DNA of 64,000 nt from an uncultured virus (IMG/VR IMGVR_UViG_3300031269_000004) (taxonomy: Duplodnaviria > Heunggongvirae > Uroviricota > Caudoviricetes): the IMG/VR virus record IMGVR_UViG_3300031269_000004; one strand, 5' to 3'. This document shows, piece after piece, positions 30,921 to 40,761 of the stretch. Both the position numbers and the translations under genes were made by a program. Numbering within the stretch: position 1 is the stretch's first letter; the number at the start of each line of letters is the position of its first letter. The notes below the pieces were generated by a model. It ran no database searches, was not told where the DNA came from, and saw only the letters and a program-made list of their open reading frames with translations.

Positions 30921-31199
30921 ATGAACGTAATTGAAAAAACAAGAAATGAGATAAAGGCTTATGTAAGGTCTTTAAATACTCCTGAAAACACAGTCTATCA
31001 AGAAAACGAATTACTTATTCTTTCTTGTTTTTCTAAAGCACAGGAAATTTTTGAGAAAAACGAAAAGTTAGCATTAACTATACCCGTTGTCGTAGGGCAC
31101 AGCGAACAGTTACCTAAGAGTTTAAGTAATAAGGCTTATAAGTGTGCTAATAAAATGACCTACGAAGGATTTGTTGAATGGTGGGATTTGCACTCTTAG
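30921..31199 (+). CDS. hypothetical protein spanning a cassette junction
   Basis: MNVIEKTRNE...LALTIPVVVGHSEQL... Confidence 0.6.
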   Translation: MNVIEKTRNEIKAYVRSLNTPENTVYQENELLILSCFSKAQEIFEKNEKLALTIPVVVGHSEQLPKSLSNKAYKCANKMTYEGFVEWWDLHS

Positions 31200-31309
31200 T
31201 TAATTGCCTACAACGAATTGCATAAGGTTAAGCGATAGCGACCCGCAGGGTTAACTTTATACGGTGTTATTATTAGTGCGGGTTAATTAACTATAAATTT
31301 ATAAATAAG

Positions 31310-31492
31310 ATGAAGATAAGAAAGCCACAAGCAATTAAACCCCTAATAGGATTAATACCTAAATCGATTAGACAAAGAGAAAGACTTAATGAGATAAGAG
31401 AAGCGATAGTAAGATACTATGATGCTGAAATGGAAATACCAATTAAATGGGTTGAAGAATACAATGAACTTATTAAATTAACGAAAGTCTAG
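31310..31492 (+). CDS. small cassette protein
   Basis: GLIPK...RLNEIREAIVRY...IPIKWVEEYNEL. Confidence 0.65.
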   Translation: MKIRKPQAIKPLIGLIPKSIRQRERLNEIREAIVRYYDAEMEIPIKWVEEYNELIKLTKV

Positions 31493-31647
31493 CATTAATT
31501 ATAACGAAATGTATAAGGTTGAGCCATAGCAAAAAGTCAAACTGTTGCACATATTGCAAAAAATGCAAACATTTGTACAGTTTGTTGCTAATTATGTAAA
31601 GAATTGCGTCTTGTAATACATAATATGTAAATACAAACATACATTAA

Positions 31648-32937
31648 ATGCAAGATAAGCGCACTAAAGACAATCTACTTATTAATTTTTTTAACACTAA
31701 CCCACAAAGCATAAAAGAGTCTAGAAGTTCAATTGCCCGGACACTAGGAATAAACAGAGGCACAGTTGCGAATTTTATAGAACGATCATTTAGCGAAGAG
31801 CAAATAGAGGCAATGTTGCGCGGTACACCGCCAAATTTAATCATAAAACCAAAAAGTACAACGACAACTAGCGAATACAGTGATTTAGATAAACTCGACG
31901 ATCCAAAAACATTCGATGAGTATTGTGAATTTTATCACATACCAACAAATAGTATAACAAGCGCTAAATTTGTAAATCATCACGGGCAAGAAGCATGGAA
32001 CGTTGTATGTGACTTTACTCAAATCACCGAATTAGAATTAGATGAATACTTTGAAAGACTAAAAACAAGTCTTGCTGTACAAATTCCAGCAGTTACTATA
32101 CCGGAAATCGATAGGTCAGAAGACCTCATTGGTTATCATATGTATTACGCAGACAAGCACGTTGGTGCCAAAACGAGAGACAACAGCATATATAAAAACG
32201 ACTGGGATGCCAACAAGCTACGTTCTAGACTAATGAAATCATTAGAAGACTTAAAGCATACAGTTGCATATTTTGGCACGCTCGACAAAATACTTATATG
32301 TGACCTTGGTGATCCTGTTGATGGTTGGGACGGTAAAACAACAAGAAAAAGTGCACATTCACTACCACAAAACATGGATAACAGGGAAACCTTTGACAAC
32401 TATGTTGTAACAATGATTGAATGGTTTGACACAATAATCGCACTTGGCTATACAGATGAGTATGAATTCATATGTACTTCAAACGACAATCATGGTGGTG
32501 CATTTAGTTATATTGTCAACAGAACAGTTGAAATTTGGCTCAACACTAAATACCCACAAATTAAGACAACTATCAGTACTAAATTTGTAGAGCCTTACAT
32601 TTATGGTGTACATGCATTCCTATTAACTCACGGTAAAGACGAGGAAGATATGAAATCAGGCCTGCCACTAAATTTAGACCAAAAAACAGAATCATGGTTT
32701 GATGACTACTTAATTAATAACAAACTACTAGAGTACGAATGTCATGTTATCAAAGGTGACCTACATCAAGAGGCACTTAACTACGGTAAACGTTTTCGTT
32801 ACAGAAATGTACTTAGTCTTTATGGTTCTTCTGCTTGGATGATGACAAACTTTGGTTCAGGACAAGCAGGTCTTAGTAATGAACTTGTATGGAAAAATCG
32901 TGCTAAGGTTATGCCTAGCCTAGTTAAATTAAATTAG
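31648..32937 (+). CDS. calcineurin-like metallophosphoesterase with N-terminal HTH
   Basis: IARTLGINRGTV; DKHVG, GDPVDG, NDNH, THG, GDLH. Confidence 0.7.
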   Translation: MQDKRTKDNLLINFFNTNPQSIKESRSSIARTLGINRGTVANFIERSFSEEQIEAMLRGTPPNLIIKPKSTTTTSEYSDLDKLDDPKTFDEYCEFYHIPTNSITSAKFVNHHGQEAWNVVCDFTQITELELDEYFERLKTSLAVQIPAVTIPEIDRSEDLIGYHMYYADKHVGAKTRDNSIYKNDWDANKLRSRLMKSLEDLKHTVAYFGTLDKILICDLGDPVDGWDGKTTRKSAHSLPQNMDNRETFDNYVVTMIEWFDTIIALGYTDEYEFICTSNDNHGGAFSYIVNRTVEIWLNTKYPQIKTTISTKFVEPYIYGVHAFLLTHGKDEEDMKSGLPLNLDQKTESWFDDYLINNKLLEYECHVIKGDLHQEALNYGKRFRYRNVLSLYGSSAWMMTNFGSGQAGLSNELVWKNRAKVMPSLVKLN

Positions 32938-33067
32938 CGTAATGAAAATATGAAATCTTTAATGAGGCACACGCTTGCAAGAATACTCAGCAACCCTACA
33001 GTAGGAAAGGATGGTAACTCTTAACACTTTTGAATACATAAATAAAATACGTACTAATTTTTAGAAT

Positions 33068-33634
33068 ATGAAAACATTAAAACAACACATAACCGAAAGC
33101 TTTCATGTATCAGAGGCTGCTAATTTTATTGCAACCACAACATTAAAGCCTGGCGATAACTTGTCTAAATTTAAGGATGCACTACAGACTGATGATGGTT
33201 CAATAGGCAGTAGAGGCTTAAACAGTAAAGTGCTTAAGCAAGTCGAAAAAGAAATGGACAATAAAAATTCCAACATAGAAAAAATTGAGATTAGTGACAG
33301 TGGATACTTTTATATTTATACGGTTGACGATGGAATTTTTGACCCAGCCAATATGGAAGTACATAGTGAATGGATTGTTGGTGAACCTAGAACGCAAGAA
33401 CGATTAGCGCAAGACATTGTAAAGAAATGGGCTTTTGACTTACGAGACGGTACAGCTATTAGCTGGGTATCAAATTCAAACTGGAACTATCATGAAAAGT
33501 CACGTTCAGAACAAACAGGAATTAATAAATTTGACTTACTAGTTAATGGTAAAGTAATTGGTAATGGTAAAGATGCAAATGCAATATTGTCTGTTATCAA
33601 GTCAAATATTAGATTGTTTAAAGACTTAAAGTAA
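33068..33634 (+). CDS. putative internal head protein
   Basis: MKTLKQHITESF; AATACATA upstream. Confidence 0.6.
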   Translation: MKTLKQHITESFHVSEAANFIATTTLKPGDNLSKFKDALQTDDGSIGSRGLNSKVLKQVEKEMDNKNSNIEKIEISDSGYFYIYTVDDGIFDPANMEVHSEWIVGEPRTQERLAQDIVKKWAFDLRDGTAISWVSNSNWNYHEKSRSEQTGINKFDLLVNGKVIGNGKDANAILSVIKSNIRLFKDLK

Positions 33635-33647
33635 AGAATCAAGTAGG

Positions 33648-33693
33648 GCACAAAAAGAGGCGACTTTTTATCTAAAGTTGCCTCTTTTTGTGC
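33648..33693. terminator. intrinsic terminator (symmetric)
   Basis: AAAAAGAGGCGACTTT..AAAGTTGCCTCTTTTT. Confidence 0.8.
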
Positions 33694-33721
33694 AGTGATA
33701 TATATTACATAAACAACGACT

Positions 33722-35287
33722 ATGGCATTGTATCAAACAACAACAGATTGCACACGAATTTTATATTTTGAATCCGTGTTGACGTGTGACACAATAGCCA
33801 TATCTGATGACATGTCAGGTTTTGCACCAACAGTACTACTTTGGTCTTACAGTTTAGATCAGTCAACCTGGTCTGAATGGACTACAGCAGAAGACAGTTT
33901 GGCAGAAGCAGCAGGCGATGTTGGTTGGGGTTCAGTTGATGTATTTTTACGAGTTCAGGTTACAACAGTAAAGATTGCTTCTGATACAGGCTTTGCTAAT
34001 TATCAAATAAACTCAATTGAGTTTGACTCAGTCAGCGTTGGGGTTAGAAATATAGAAATTGTTTCATCGACAGTACTAATTAACACAAGAAAAAAAGGCC
34101 TACTTAATCCATATAGGAACGTTGACCCACAAAGGGTGTTGTTCAATAAGATGTCAAGGTCAGTATCTGATATTTTTGGCTTTATTTGCATTTATTTTAG
34201 AGTTGAACCAGACGAGTCAACATCTGACATTACGTTTAAGTCATACAGGCTGTCAGACGTTGCAGATTTTAAGTCACTACAAGTTGTTATTAATGAAAAC
34301 GAACTTCCTGGTAACAGAATGGTTTACTCTGAGCTTGACATTGACTTCCAGGACGAATTAGAAATTCACATAGTAAAAGAAGTCTGGCAAGAAGTGTTTG
34401 GTACAAGTCAACCTGACGCTAATGACTTTTTGTACTTACCGCTAACAAATAGAATGTACGAAGTTAACACGGCCAGTAGCGGTGATACATTTATGAACGT
34501 TTCCCCATTTTGGAAAGCATATCTAGTTCGATACGAAAACCGTGCAAGTGTTAACAAAGATGATGATGCATTCGCTAAGCTTAGCGAATATGCAGATTTT
34601 GCTCATGATTTTGAATCAGAAAAGCAAGAAGAAGAGTTGTTTGATGCAGTTAAGCCATTTGCTAAAGTTAAGCTGGATGATCGTGACCTTGCTGTTGCCA
34701 CTGGCGGTATTAGTGTTGGTGACCTTGATACGATAAGATATTCTTACAATTGGAACAAGGTTGCGATAGACACTGCTGCGTTTAACTATCCTTTTGTTGC
34801 GACTGCAAATCAAGTGTCCCTAATTGCCTGGTTTAAGCCAACTGTAGAAGGTCAGGTCATGGCACAACTTGGAGAGTTGTCACTAAGATGGTCAAATTCT
34901 GGACCAAGTGTTATGATGAAAAATGAACTGTTAATTGTTGCCAGTAGCATAGTACCAAACACTACACTAGAGCTTGGCTCTTTTTACGGGCTAGTTATGA
35001 ATTGGCAGGCACTAGCCGAAACAAAAATAGTTACACTAACTGTATTTGACACTAACCTAGATAAACTTTTCGAAGTAAGTGATACTAATGCAATTGAAAT
35101 AGAAAGACCAACGAGTCTTGACATTATGGGTCAGTTACAATGTGCAAACATTAGAGTAGGGAAGCAGTTTATTGCACCTAGTGCAATGATTGCTGAATTG
35201 TCTACCCTATTGCCTAGCTCTTCTGCCTACTATGTTTTAGATAACGCAATACCAACATTGTCAGAACCAACCACTGACGTAAACTAA
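33722..35287 (+). CDS. neck protein (T4 gp14-like) with extra domains
   Basis: IFGF..IYFR...D..F..Y, QPDANDFLYLPLTNRMYEV motif. Confidence 0.6.
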   Translation: MALYQTTTDCTRILYFESVLTCDTIAISDDMSGFAPTVLLWSYSLDQSTWSEWTTAEDSLAEAAGDVGWGSVDVFLRVQVTTVKIASDTGFANYQINSIEFDSVSVGVRNIEIVSSTVLINTRKKGLLNPYRNVDPQRVLFNKMSRSVSDIFGFICIYFRVEPDESTSDITFKSYRLSDVADFKSLQVVINENELPGNRMVYSELDIDFQDELEIHIVKEVWQEVFGTSQPDANDFLYLPLTNRMYEVNTASSGDTFMNVSPFWKAYLVRYENRASVNKDDDAFAKLSEYADFAHDFESEKQEEELFDAVKPFAKVKLDDRDLAVATGGISVGDLDTIRYSYNWNKVAIDTAAFNYPFVATANQVSLIAWFKPTVEGQVMAQLGELSLRWSNSGPSVMMKNELLIVASSIVPNTTLELGSFYGLVMNWQALAETKIVTLTVFDTNLDKLFEVSDTNAIEIERPTSLDIMGQLQCANIRVGKQFIAPSAMIAELSTLLPSSSAYYVLDNAIPTLSEPTTDVN

Positions 35288-35301
35288 ATAATTATAAAAA
35301 T

Positions 35302-36090
35302 ATGGCTAAGGACACAAGAAACCCAGGTGATGATATGTTCCAGCAAATGGAAGACGTATTAGGCACTGGTGGTGACATGAAACAATATGAAAAGTATGAA
35401 ACTTTTGATGTTGAAACTAAAATTACTGAACTAGAAGAAAAAGCTAAGGCTCTTATTGTTCAAATTTGTAACGTATACATTAAGGTTACTGATGATGCTG
35501 ATAGTGAATACATATCGTCTATTAGTCATGCAGAAAAAACAAACCTTGTTGTACTAATGAAGCAAGTAAAATATTCAGAGCATATTATTGACAGTCTAAT
35601 GAGGCAGTTAGATGCTGGAGGCTACATGGACCCCAGCATTTACGAAACAATTAGGGAAATGCAAAAATCAACAATAAGCATAACTCTAGAAATATCAAGA
35701 TACATTAGAACCCTGCCTGAATATTTCAAGTTTATCAAAAAAGAAATATCACTGTCAAAGGCTGATGACCTACATGAAATTGAAATTCAAGAAGGAAGGA
35801 GCAGGCAAGACAGTACTAGGAAAATAGGGCAGGCAGCAAACGAAGAAGAGTTTACAACATCAATGCCTGTTCGAGGTACTAGAGAATTAATGTTGCATAT
35901 TGCTGATAGTTCAAAGTCACTAGACAATGCAATTAAAAATGCTGACACTGTTGTAGCAACACCAATTAGTGTTGACGACATAGATGATGAAGATGAAGAT
36001 GAAGATGACACCATAAGTGATGAAGACAAGCCATATGAAGAGTCATTAGAAGACTTTGACATTGAAGAGTCCAAAGACGATGACGAGTAA
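35302..36090 (+). CDS. possible terminase small subunit (gp16-like)
   Basis: Helical core, PSIYETIREM and RGTRELM resemble gp16 motifs; acidic tail. Confidence 0.4.
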   Translation: MAKDTRNPGDDMFQQMEDVLGTGGDMKQYEKYETFDVETKITELEEKAKALIVQICNVYIKVTDDADSEYISSISHAEKTNLVVLMKQVKYSEHIIDSLMRQLDAGGYMDPSIYETIREMQKSTISITLEISRYIRTLPEYFKFIKKEISLSKADDLHEIEIQEGRSRQDSTRKIGQAANEEEFTTSMPVRGTRELMLHIADSSKSLDNAIKNADTVVATPISVDDIDDEDEDEDDTISDEDKPYEESLEDFDIEESKDDDE

Positions 36091-36143
36091 GACTCTTAAA
36101 CGTCTTTTTTCTTTAAAGATATATATACTATAAAGCCACATGT

Positions 36144-39100
36144 ATGTCAACTTTTTCATTAAATAAAACAAATCCTCGTCTTAGCGGTAACATAAAAATA
36201 GTTATCGACTCTAAGTCTAAGATGTTTATAGAGTCAATAAACTCAAGTGAATACTTGTCCAGATCATTGTTTAAAGGCTTTGAATGGAACAATCAGCTTG
36301 CCTATGGCACAAACGTTAGAAATTGGTGTAGTCAATTTACAGACATTAACATATTGTATGATGTTGTTGATGAGTCACAATTTAACCCGAACGATAGTTT
36401 TGCATTGCAATACCAGCAAATATATAATTGGGGTTGCTATTCAGAAGAGTCTCAACTGGTTGATGAAAATATGCGATTCCTTGCACCTATTCATGTTGGA
36501 CAAGACAGTGAAGCATGGCCTGACCTGTTTGTTGTCTTTCGTGTGCCTGAAACTCAATTCCTTGCATATGATCAAGACTCTCCAGTATCACACTGGATAA
36601 ATGAAGGCACACTTGTTCATGTTCAAAACCTAGACATCATAAAAAAGTCTGTATTTAGTCAGCTTGAACCGACAACAATAGACGCTCAATTTGATCAAGG
36701 TATTGGTACTGTTGGATTAAATGTTAAGACTGGTCAATGGAACAGGGCTGAAGAGGACACAATAGAACAACTACTTAGAAACGAAACAACAATAACTGAA
36801 TTTGACAATTGGATTACGAATAGTTTTAAAAGACAAGGTCTTTTGTATTCATCGATAGCAAATTTAGAGTTTGCATTTACAGACTCGACAGCAGACAACA
36901 AATTTGCAAGATACGTTGGTTTTTATGTTAAACAAAACGATGTTGATTTTGAAACATTACGTGAATATCAAGGTTCTGGTGCTATTAGACTTATCCAAAC
37001 TGAAACAGGCATAGACAAGTTTAGTCAACTTGATGAAGAGTCAACATATTATGAACAATCTTTTAGTCGTTATGCTAACAGCTTTGGTGCACAAAAGCCT
37101 GCACTGTTAGAATTTAAGTTTAGACTTAGACCTGCACTGGGTCAGGAGTTTAAAATATTACTGCAAGACCAAGTTGAATATAGTGTGTTGTTCACAGCTA
37201 ACAATATAGGTCGTAATGCACAAGAAACAACAGCACTATTAATAAATGACATTAACAATAATTACAAAGGTCAGCAGTCAACAGTTACTGCACAAATGGT
37301 TAATGGTTGGATCAGACTAGAGTCAGGTTCAAGACTAGGTAGATTTAACCAGTTAAGCATTGATGTACCCAATGCATTTATTGTACGAAAACCAGCATAT
37401 GACAAGACTTCATGGGCCAACAACTTTATTGGTGGTAGTCTTGCAACAGTTGTACTAAATGAATTTATAAACCCAGAAGTGTACCCTGTCCTTATGTACC
37501 TTAACAGCGCAGGTGAAAAGAAAAAGAGTAAAATTGTTCAGGTTTCGAATTGGAAGGGTGACTGGTTATACAAACTTGATGAGGATTGTGATCACACAGT
37601 TGAGCCAGATCATATTTGGTTTGTTAAAGAGCTTAGAAGCCAGCCTATACTGGGTTCAATACAAGAGCATAGAGCCCTAGATTTTGACCAAACAGCATCA
37701 GATCATAGCGAAGTACTAGACTTTGACCTTGACATGTATAGAGACTGGTTGCTAGACAAACTTGCATCACCAGATCATATTGGTGATGCAGTAAATTGGG
37801 CAGGTGCCAGTTCTGAAAGTGCACTAACAGCAACAGAACTTGCTGACTATAAAGAAGTCGTTAGGTCAAAATTGCTTAACTACTTTAATAGTATTTCAAT
37901 TAACGAAGAGTTCCTATATGACAGCGTAGACCTACTAACTTTACAGTCTAGAACGATTGATAATGAGTATAAAAGACTACAAGAAGTAGACAACCGGGCA
38001 CTCTCAAAGAGCAACAGATTATTTCAATATGTAAACAAGTGGCAATACAATATGGGTCAAGATGCATACATGAGACCTTATAGACTTAATGTGTCATTAC
38101 CGTTTAGATATGATGGCTTTATACCTGCGCACAGCCAAAATGACCGAGATATTAGTGGCCATACACATGCTTGGTTTGTACTAGGTGAAGGTCTACCACA
38201 ATACATTGAACAAAATGACAAATGGGGTCCAGCCTTGTTGTCATACACTAAAATGCCAATTGGTACTGCAGAATTGATCGGTACTGACAGTGATGCATAT
38301 GAACAACTAAAGTATGAAACAGTTCGGGCTACATACGAAGGTTGGTCTGATATTAAGTATGATCCAATACAAGAAGCCTGCTATGCATTTTTTAGAGGTG
38401 TACTGTATCGATTCGAAGACATAACTCTTGGTGATTATAGATTTAGTGTCATACTGAAAACAAGTGAACCAATACTTGATGACGTTTTTACTACCGAGTT
38501 TATACAAAACGACCAGTTTAAAACATTAACGTTGGTTGTTAATTTCTACATTCCTGATCCAATACTTACTTCCTTAGAAACAGGAAACGAAAATTACGTA
38601 TTGGACCGTTCACTACTTTACTTTAGCAATGAAATATTAAAAACTTCTGACAACAGCATAGACTTTGACACTGATGATATAAGTCTAAGACTATACGATA
38701 GGACAACAGCAAAGGTGTACCTAGGTGGTGTAGTAACGCAAGACTGGTACTATAACAGTAACATAGGTAATATTATTTATGTTGCTAGAGGTGACCGCAG
38801 CAGATTTAGTACACTGTTTACAGACTTGTTTAGAATTGGTGACGACTTTACAATAAATTACACAATGTCTACTGATGACAACAATCCATTTTATGGTATG
38901 ACTATTACATTTCAAGATATGGTTGAAGTCACAGATGACTATTTTTGGTGTAAGCATATAGTCGTTAAGTCTAACTTATCAATTGACCCTGATGGTGTTA
39001 ATGACTTGAACATTGCAGATAACGTTGTACAATCAGTAACAGAGCAAAACGTACTGACTGAATTTTTACAAAATCCTTTACTGTTTACACAAAACAATAC

Positions 39101-40028
39101 GATATACATTTCAAGGGCTATTGCTTATGAAAACGCAATATACGATAAAATAGTAAACGCTAGGGCAAACAACGCCCGATACAAAGAATTAAGTCTTGCC
39201 AACTTTCGAAACTATATTAGTAACACTGCAATTGCTAGGCGTGGTGGCGATGGCAACTTCTTAAAATTCAACATTTTACCGCCAACAGAAATGCAAATAT
39301 TGGTAAAGTTACAGGCTGAAAGTGGTCAACTGGGACTTTTGCAAAATCCATATTGGTTTCCTATTAGCAGACATTCTGGTCAGTTTAAGCCAATAACAAA
39401 ATTGATACTAAAGGCAAAAGACAGTGAACAGTTTAGTTCTGTTTTCCCTACAGAATTAATAGACACTGCTAGTTATAGACTTAATATTTCTAAAAACGTG
39501 ACAGGTGACCGTTTTAGAACTGAAAAGTACAATGAGTTTATCCCTAGTACAACTAGGCAAGATCATTGGTCGTACATTAGCGCAATTACTGGTCAGTTAA
39601 TATCTAGAAAGTCATTGCCTTGGCTAGTATACCCATCAGAACATAAAGGTTTTGCTAGTCTTGTTTTTAATTCACAAGAGGTGATTACTGTAACTTCAGC
39701 AGTTCAGACTGTAATTAGCTTAGATGTATTGCTAAAGTCAAGAGTTTATTCATGGCTCAGTCTTAACACATTAGCACTAACACAAAATCAAAAGTTTGAC
39801 CTGCTTAACTTGTATTACGATGTAACACCAGAAACAGTAGACAACTATGATACAAACTCATTAATTGTTCGTGGCTTTTTAGAAAGCACATTTGGTAAAG
39901 TTTACAGAATTGATAGTATCAGTACGAACACCGGCGTGATTGTTCAATTTAATAAGGATAGTCTAATGCTTACTATGATTGACATACCAGTCGACGCAAC
40001 TTCACTTATAATTAAATTCATAAGATAA
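36144..40028 (+). CDS. large virion structural protein (baseplate/tail candidate)
   Basis: 1294 aa among late genes; function inferred from context. Confidence 0.5.
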   Translation: MSTFSLNKTNPRLSGNIKIVIDSKSKMFIESINSSEYLSRSLFKGFEWNNQLAYGTNVRNWCSQFTDINILYDVVDESQFNPNDSFALQYQQIYNWGCYSEESQLVDENMRFLAPIHVGQDSEAWPDLFVVFRVPETQFLAYDQDSPVSHWINEGTLVHVQNLDIIKKSVFSQLEPTTIDAQFDQGIGTVGLNVKTGQWNRAEEDTIEQLLRNETTITEFDNWITNSFKRQGLLYSSIANLEFAFTDSTADNKFARYVGFYVKQNDVDFETLREYQGSGAIRLIQTETGIDKFSQLDEESTYYEQSFSRYANSFGAQKPALLEFKFRLRPALGQEFKILLQDQVEYSVLFTANNIGRNAQETTALLINDINNNYKGQQSTVTAQMVNGWIRLESGSRLGRFNQLSIDVPNAFIVRKPAYDKTSWANNFIGGSLATVVLNEFINPEVYPVLMYLNSAGEKKKSKIVQVSNWKGDWLYKLDEDCDHTVEPDHIWFVKELRSQPILGSIQEHRALDFDQTASDHSEVLDFDLDMYRDWLLDKLASPDHIGDAVNWAGASSESALTATELADYKEVVRSKLLNYFNSISINEEFLYDSVDLLTLQSRTIDNEYKRLQEVDNRALSKSNRLFQYVNKWQYNMGQDAYMRPYRLNVSLPFRYDGFIPAHSQNDRDISGHTHAWFVLGEGLPQYIEQNDKWGPALLSYTKMPIGTAELIGTDSDAYEQLKYETVRATYEGWSDIKYDPIQEACYAFFRGVLYRFEDITLGDYRFSVILKTSEPILDDVFTTEFIQNDQFKTLTLVVNFYIPDPILTSLETGNENYVLDRSLLYFSNEILKTSDNSIDFDTDDISLRLYDRTTAKVYLGGVVTQDWYYNSNIGNIIYVARGDRSRFSTLFTDLFRIGDDFTINYTMSTDDNNPFYGMTITFQDMVEVTDDYFWCKHIVVKSNLSIDPDGVNDLNIADNVVQSVTEQNVLTEFLQNPLLFTQNNTIYISRAIAYENAIYDKIVNARANNARYKELSLANFRNYISNTAIARRGGDGNFLKFNILPPTEMQILVKLQAESGQLGLLQNPYWFPISRHSGQFKPITKLILKAKDSEQFSSVFPTELIDTASYRLNISKNVTGDRFRTEKYNEFIPSTTRQDHWSYISAITGQLISRKSLPWLVYPSEHKGFASLVFNSQEVITVTSAVQTVISLDVLLKSRVYSWLSLNTLALTQNQKFDLLNLYYDVTPETVDNYDTNSLIVRGFLESTFGKVYRIDSISTNTGVIVQFNKDSLMLTMIDIPVDATSLIIKFIR

Positions 40029-40032
40029 CTAT

Positions 40033-40758
40033 ATGGGATTTTTATCAAACTCTAGATTTGGCAAACTGCTAAGTTCAGTCAAAAAAGGACTCGAGCGGTT
40101 AACTAACAAGTATTCTTACGATTTTTGGGATGACATTCAAAATAATGAGATTGCAAAGTCGACAAGGCCAGAAAAAGAGGCTGTTGCATGGTACAGGTCG
40201 CAATACATGAACAATCCAGATAGACAACTAAAGCGTCGTATTATGATGCCTGGCACACTTTGTATTTTTGATTATGATAACCCAAAATACAAAGACGTAT
40301 TAGACTTTTATGACACTCAACCGTTAGTGCTTTGCTTAACACCTTTTATGACAAAAGATGAAAAGGTTAGAGTACTGGGCATAAATTTACACTTATTGCC
40401 ACCAAGGATTCGTAAGTTGGTCTTGTATCAAGCATTTTACCTTTACAAGGCTGAATATACTGCAAAACTTGCTAATAATAAGAACTCAGACAGAATGCAA
40501 GTTAACATAAACTGGCGAAGTATCAAGCGTCAACTAGAACAGTACGGAGCTGGTTTCGCAATTAGAATGTATCTGCCGAGCTTGCAAAAAAATGTTATTG
40601 AATTTACGCAAGAGGACTGGGCAAAGGCAGTGTATATTCCAAGCAAAGGCTACGCGAAAATTGGGCCTGCAAAACTTGAACAAAAATGGCGTGAGTTCGT
40701 GAAACAGCAAGGCCGAAAGGTTAAAACAGCCGGAGACGGTCACACCTCATCAGTATAA
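40033..40758 (+). CDS. DNA end protector (T4 gp2-like)
   Basis: PG...FDYD.PKYK..L.FYD..PLV, GINLHLLPPRIR. Confidence 0.8.
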   Translation: MGFLSNSRFGKLLSSVKKGLERLTNKYSYDFWDDIQNNEIAKSTRPEKEAVAWYRSQYMNNPDRQLKRRIMMPGTLCIFDYDNPKYKDVLDFYDTQPLVLCLTPFMTKDEKVRVLGINLHLLPPRIRKLVLYQAFYLYKAEYTAKLANNKNSDRMQVNINWRSIKRQLEQYGAGFAIRMYLPSLQKNVIEFTQEDWAKAVYIPSKGYAKIGPAKLEQKWREFVKQQGRKVKTAGDGHTSSV

Positions 40759-40761
40759 ATT

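Larger units (their letters stand above)
30681..31524. mobile_element. array of three attC-like cassettes with hairpin linkers
   Basis: Self-complementary cassette ends and linker arms (see findings). Confidence 0.55.

Noticed and set aside
32950..33024. MKSLMRHTLA... mini-ORF as a leader-family member
   Set aside because: Only 24 aa and lacks Glu10
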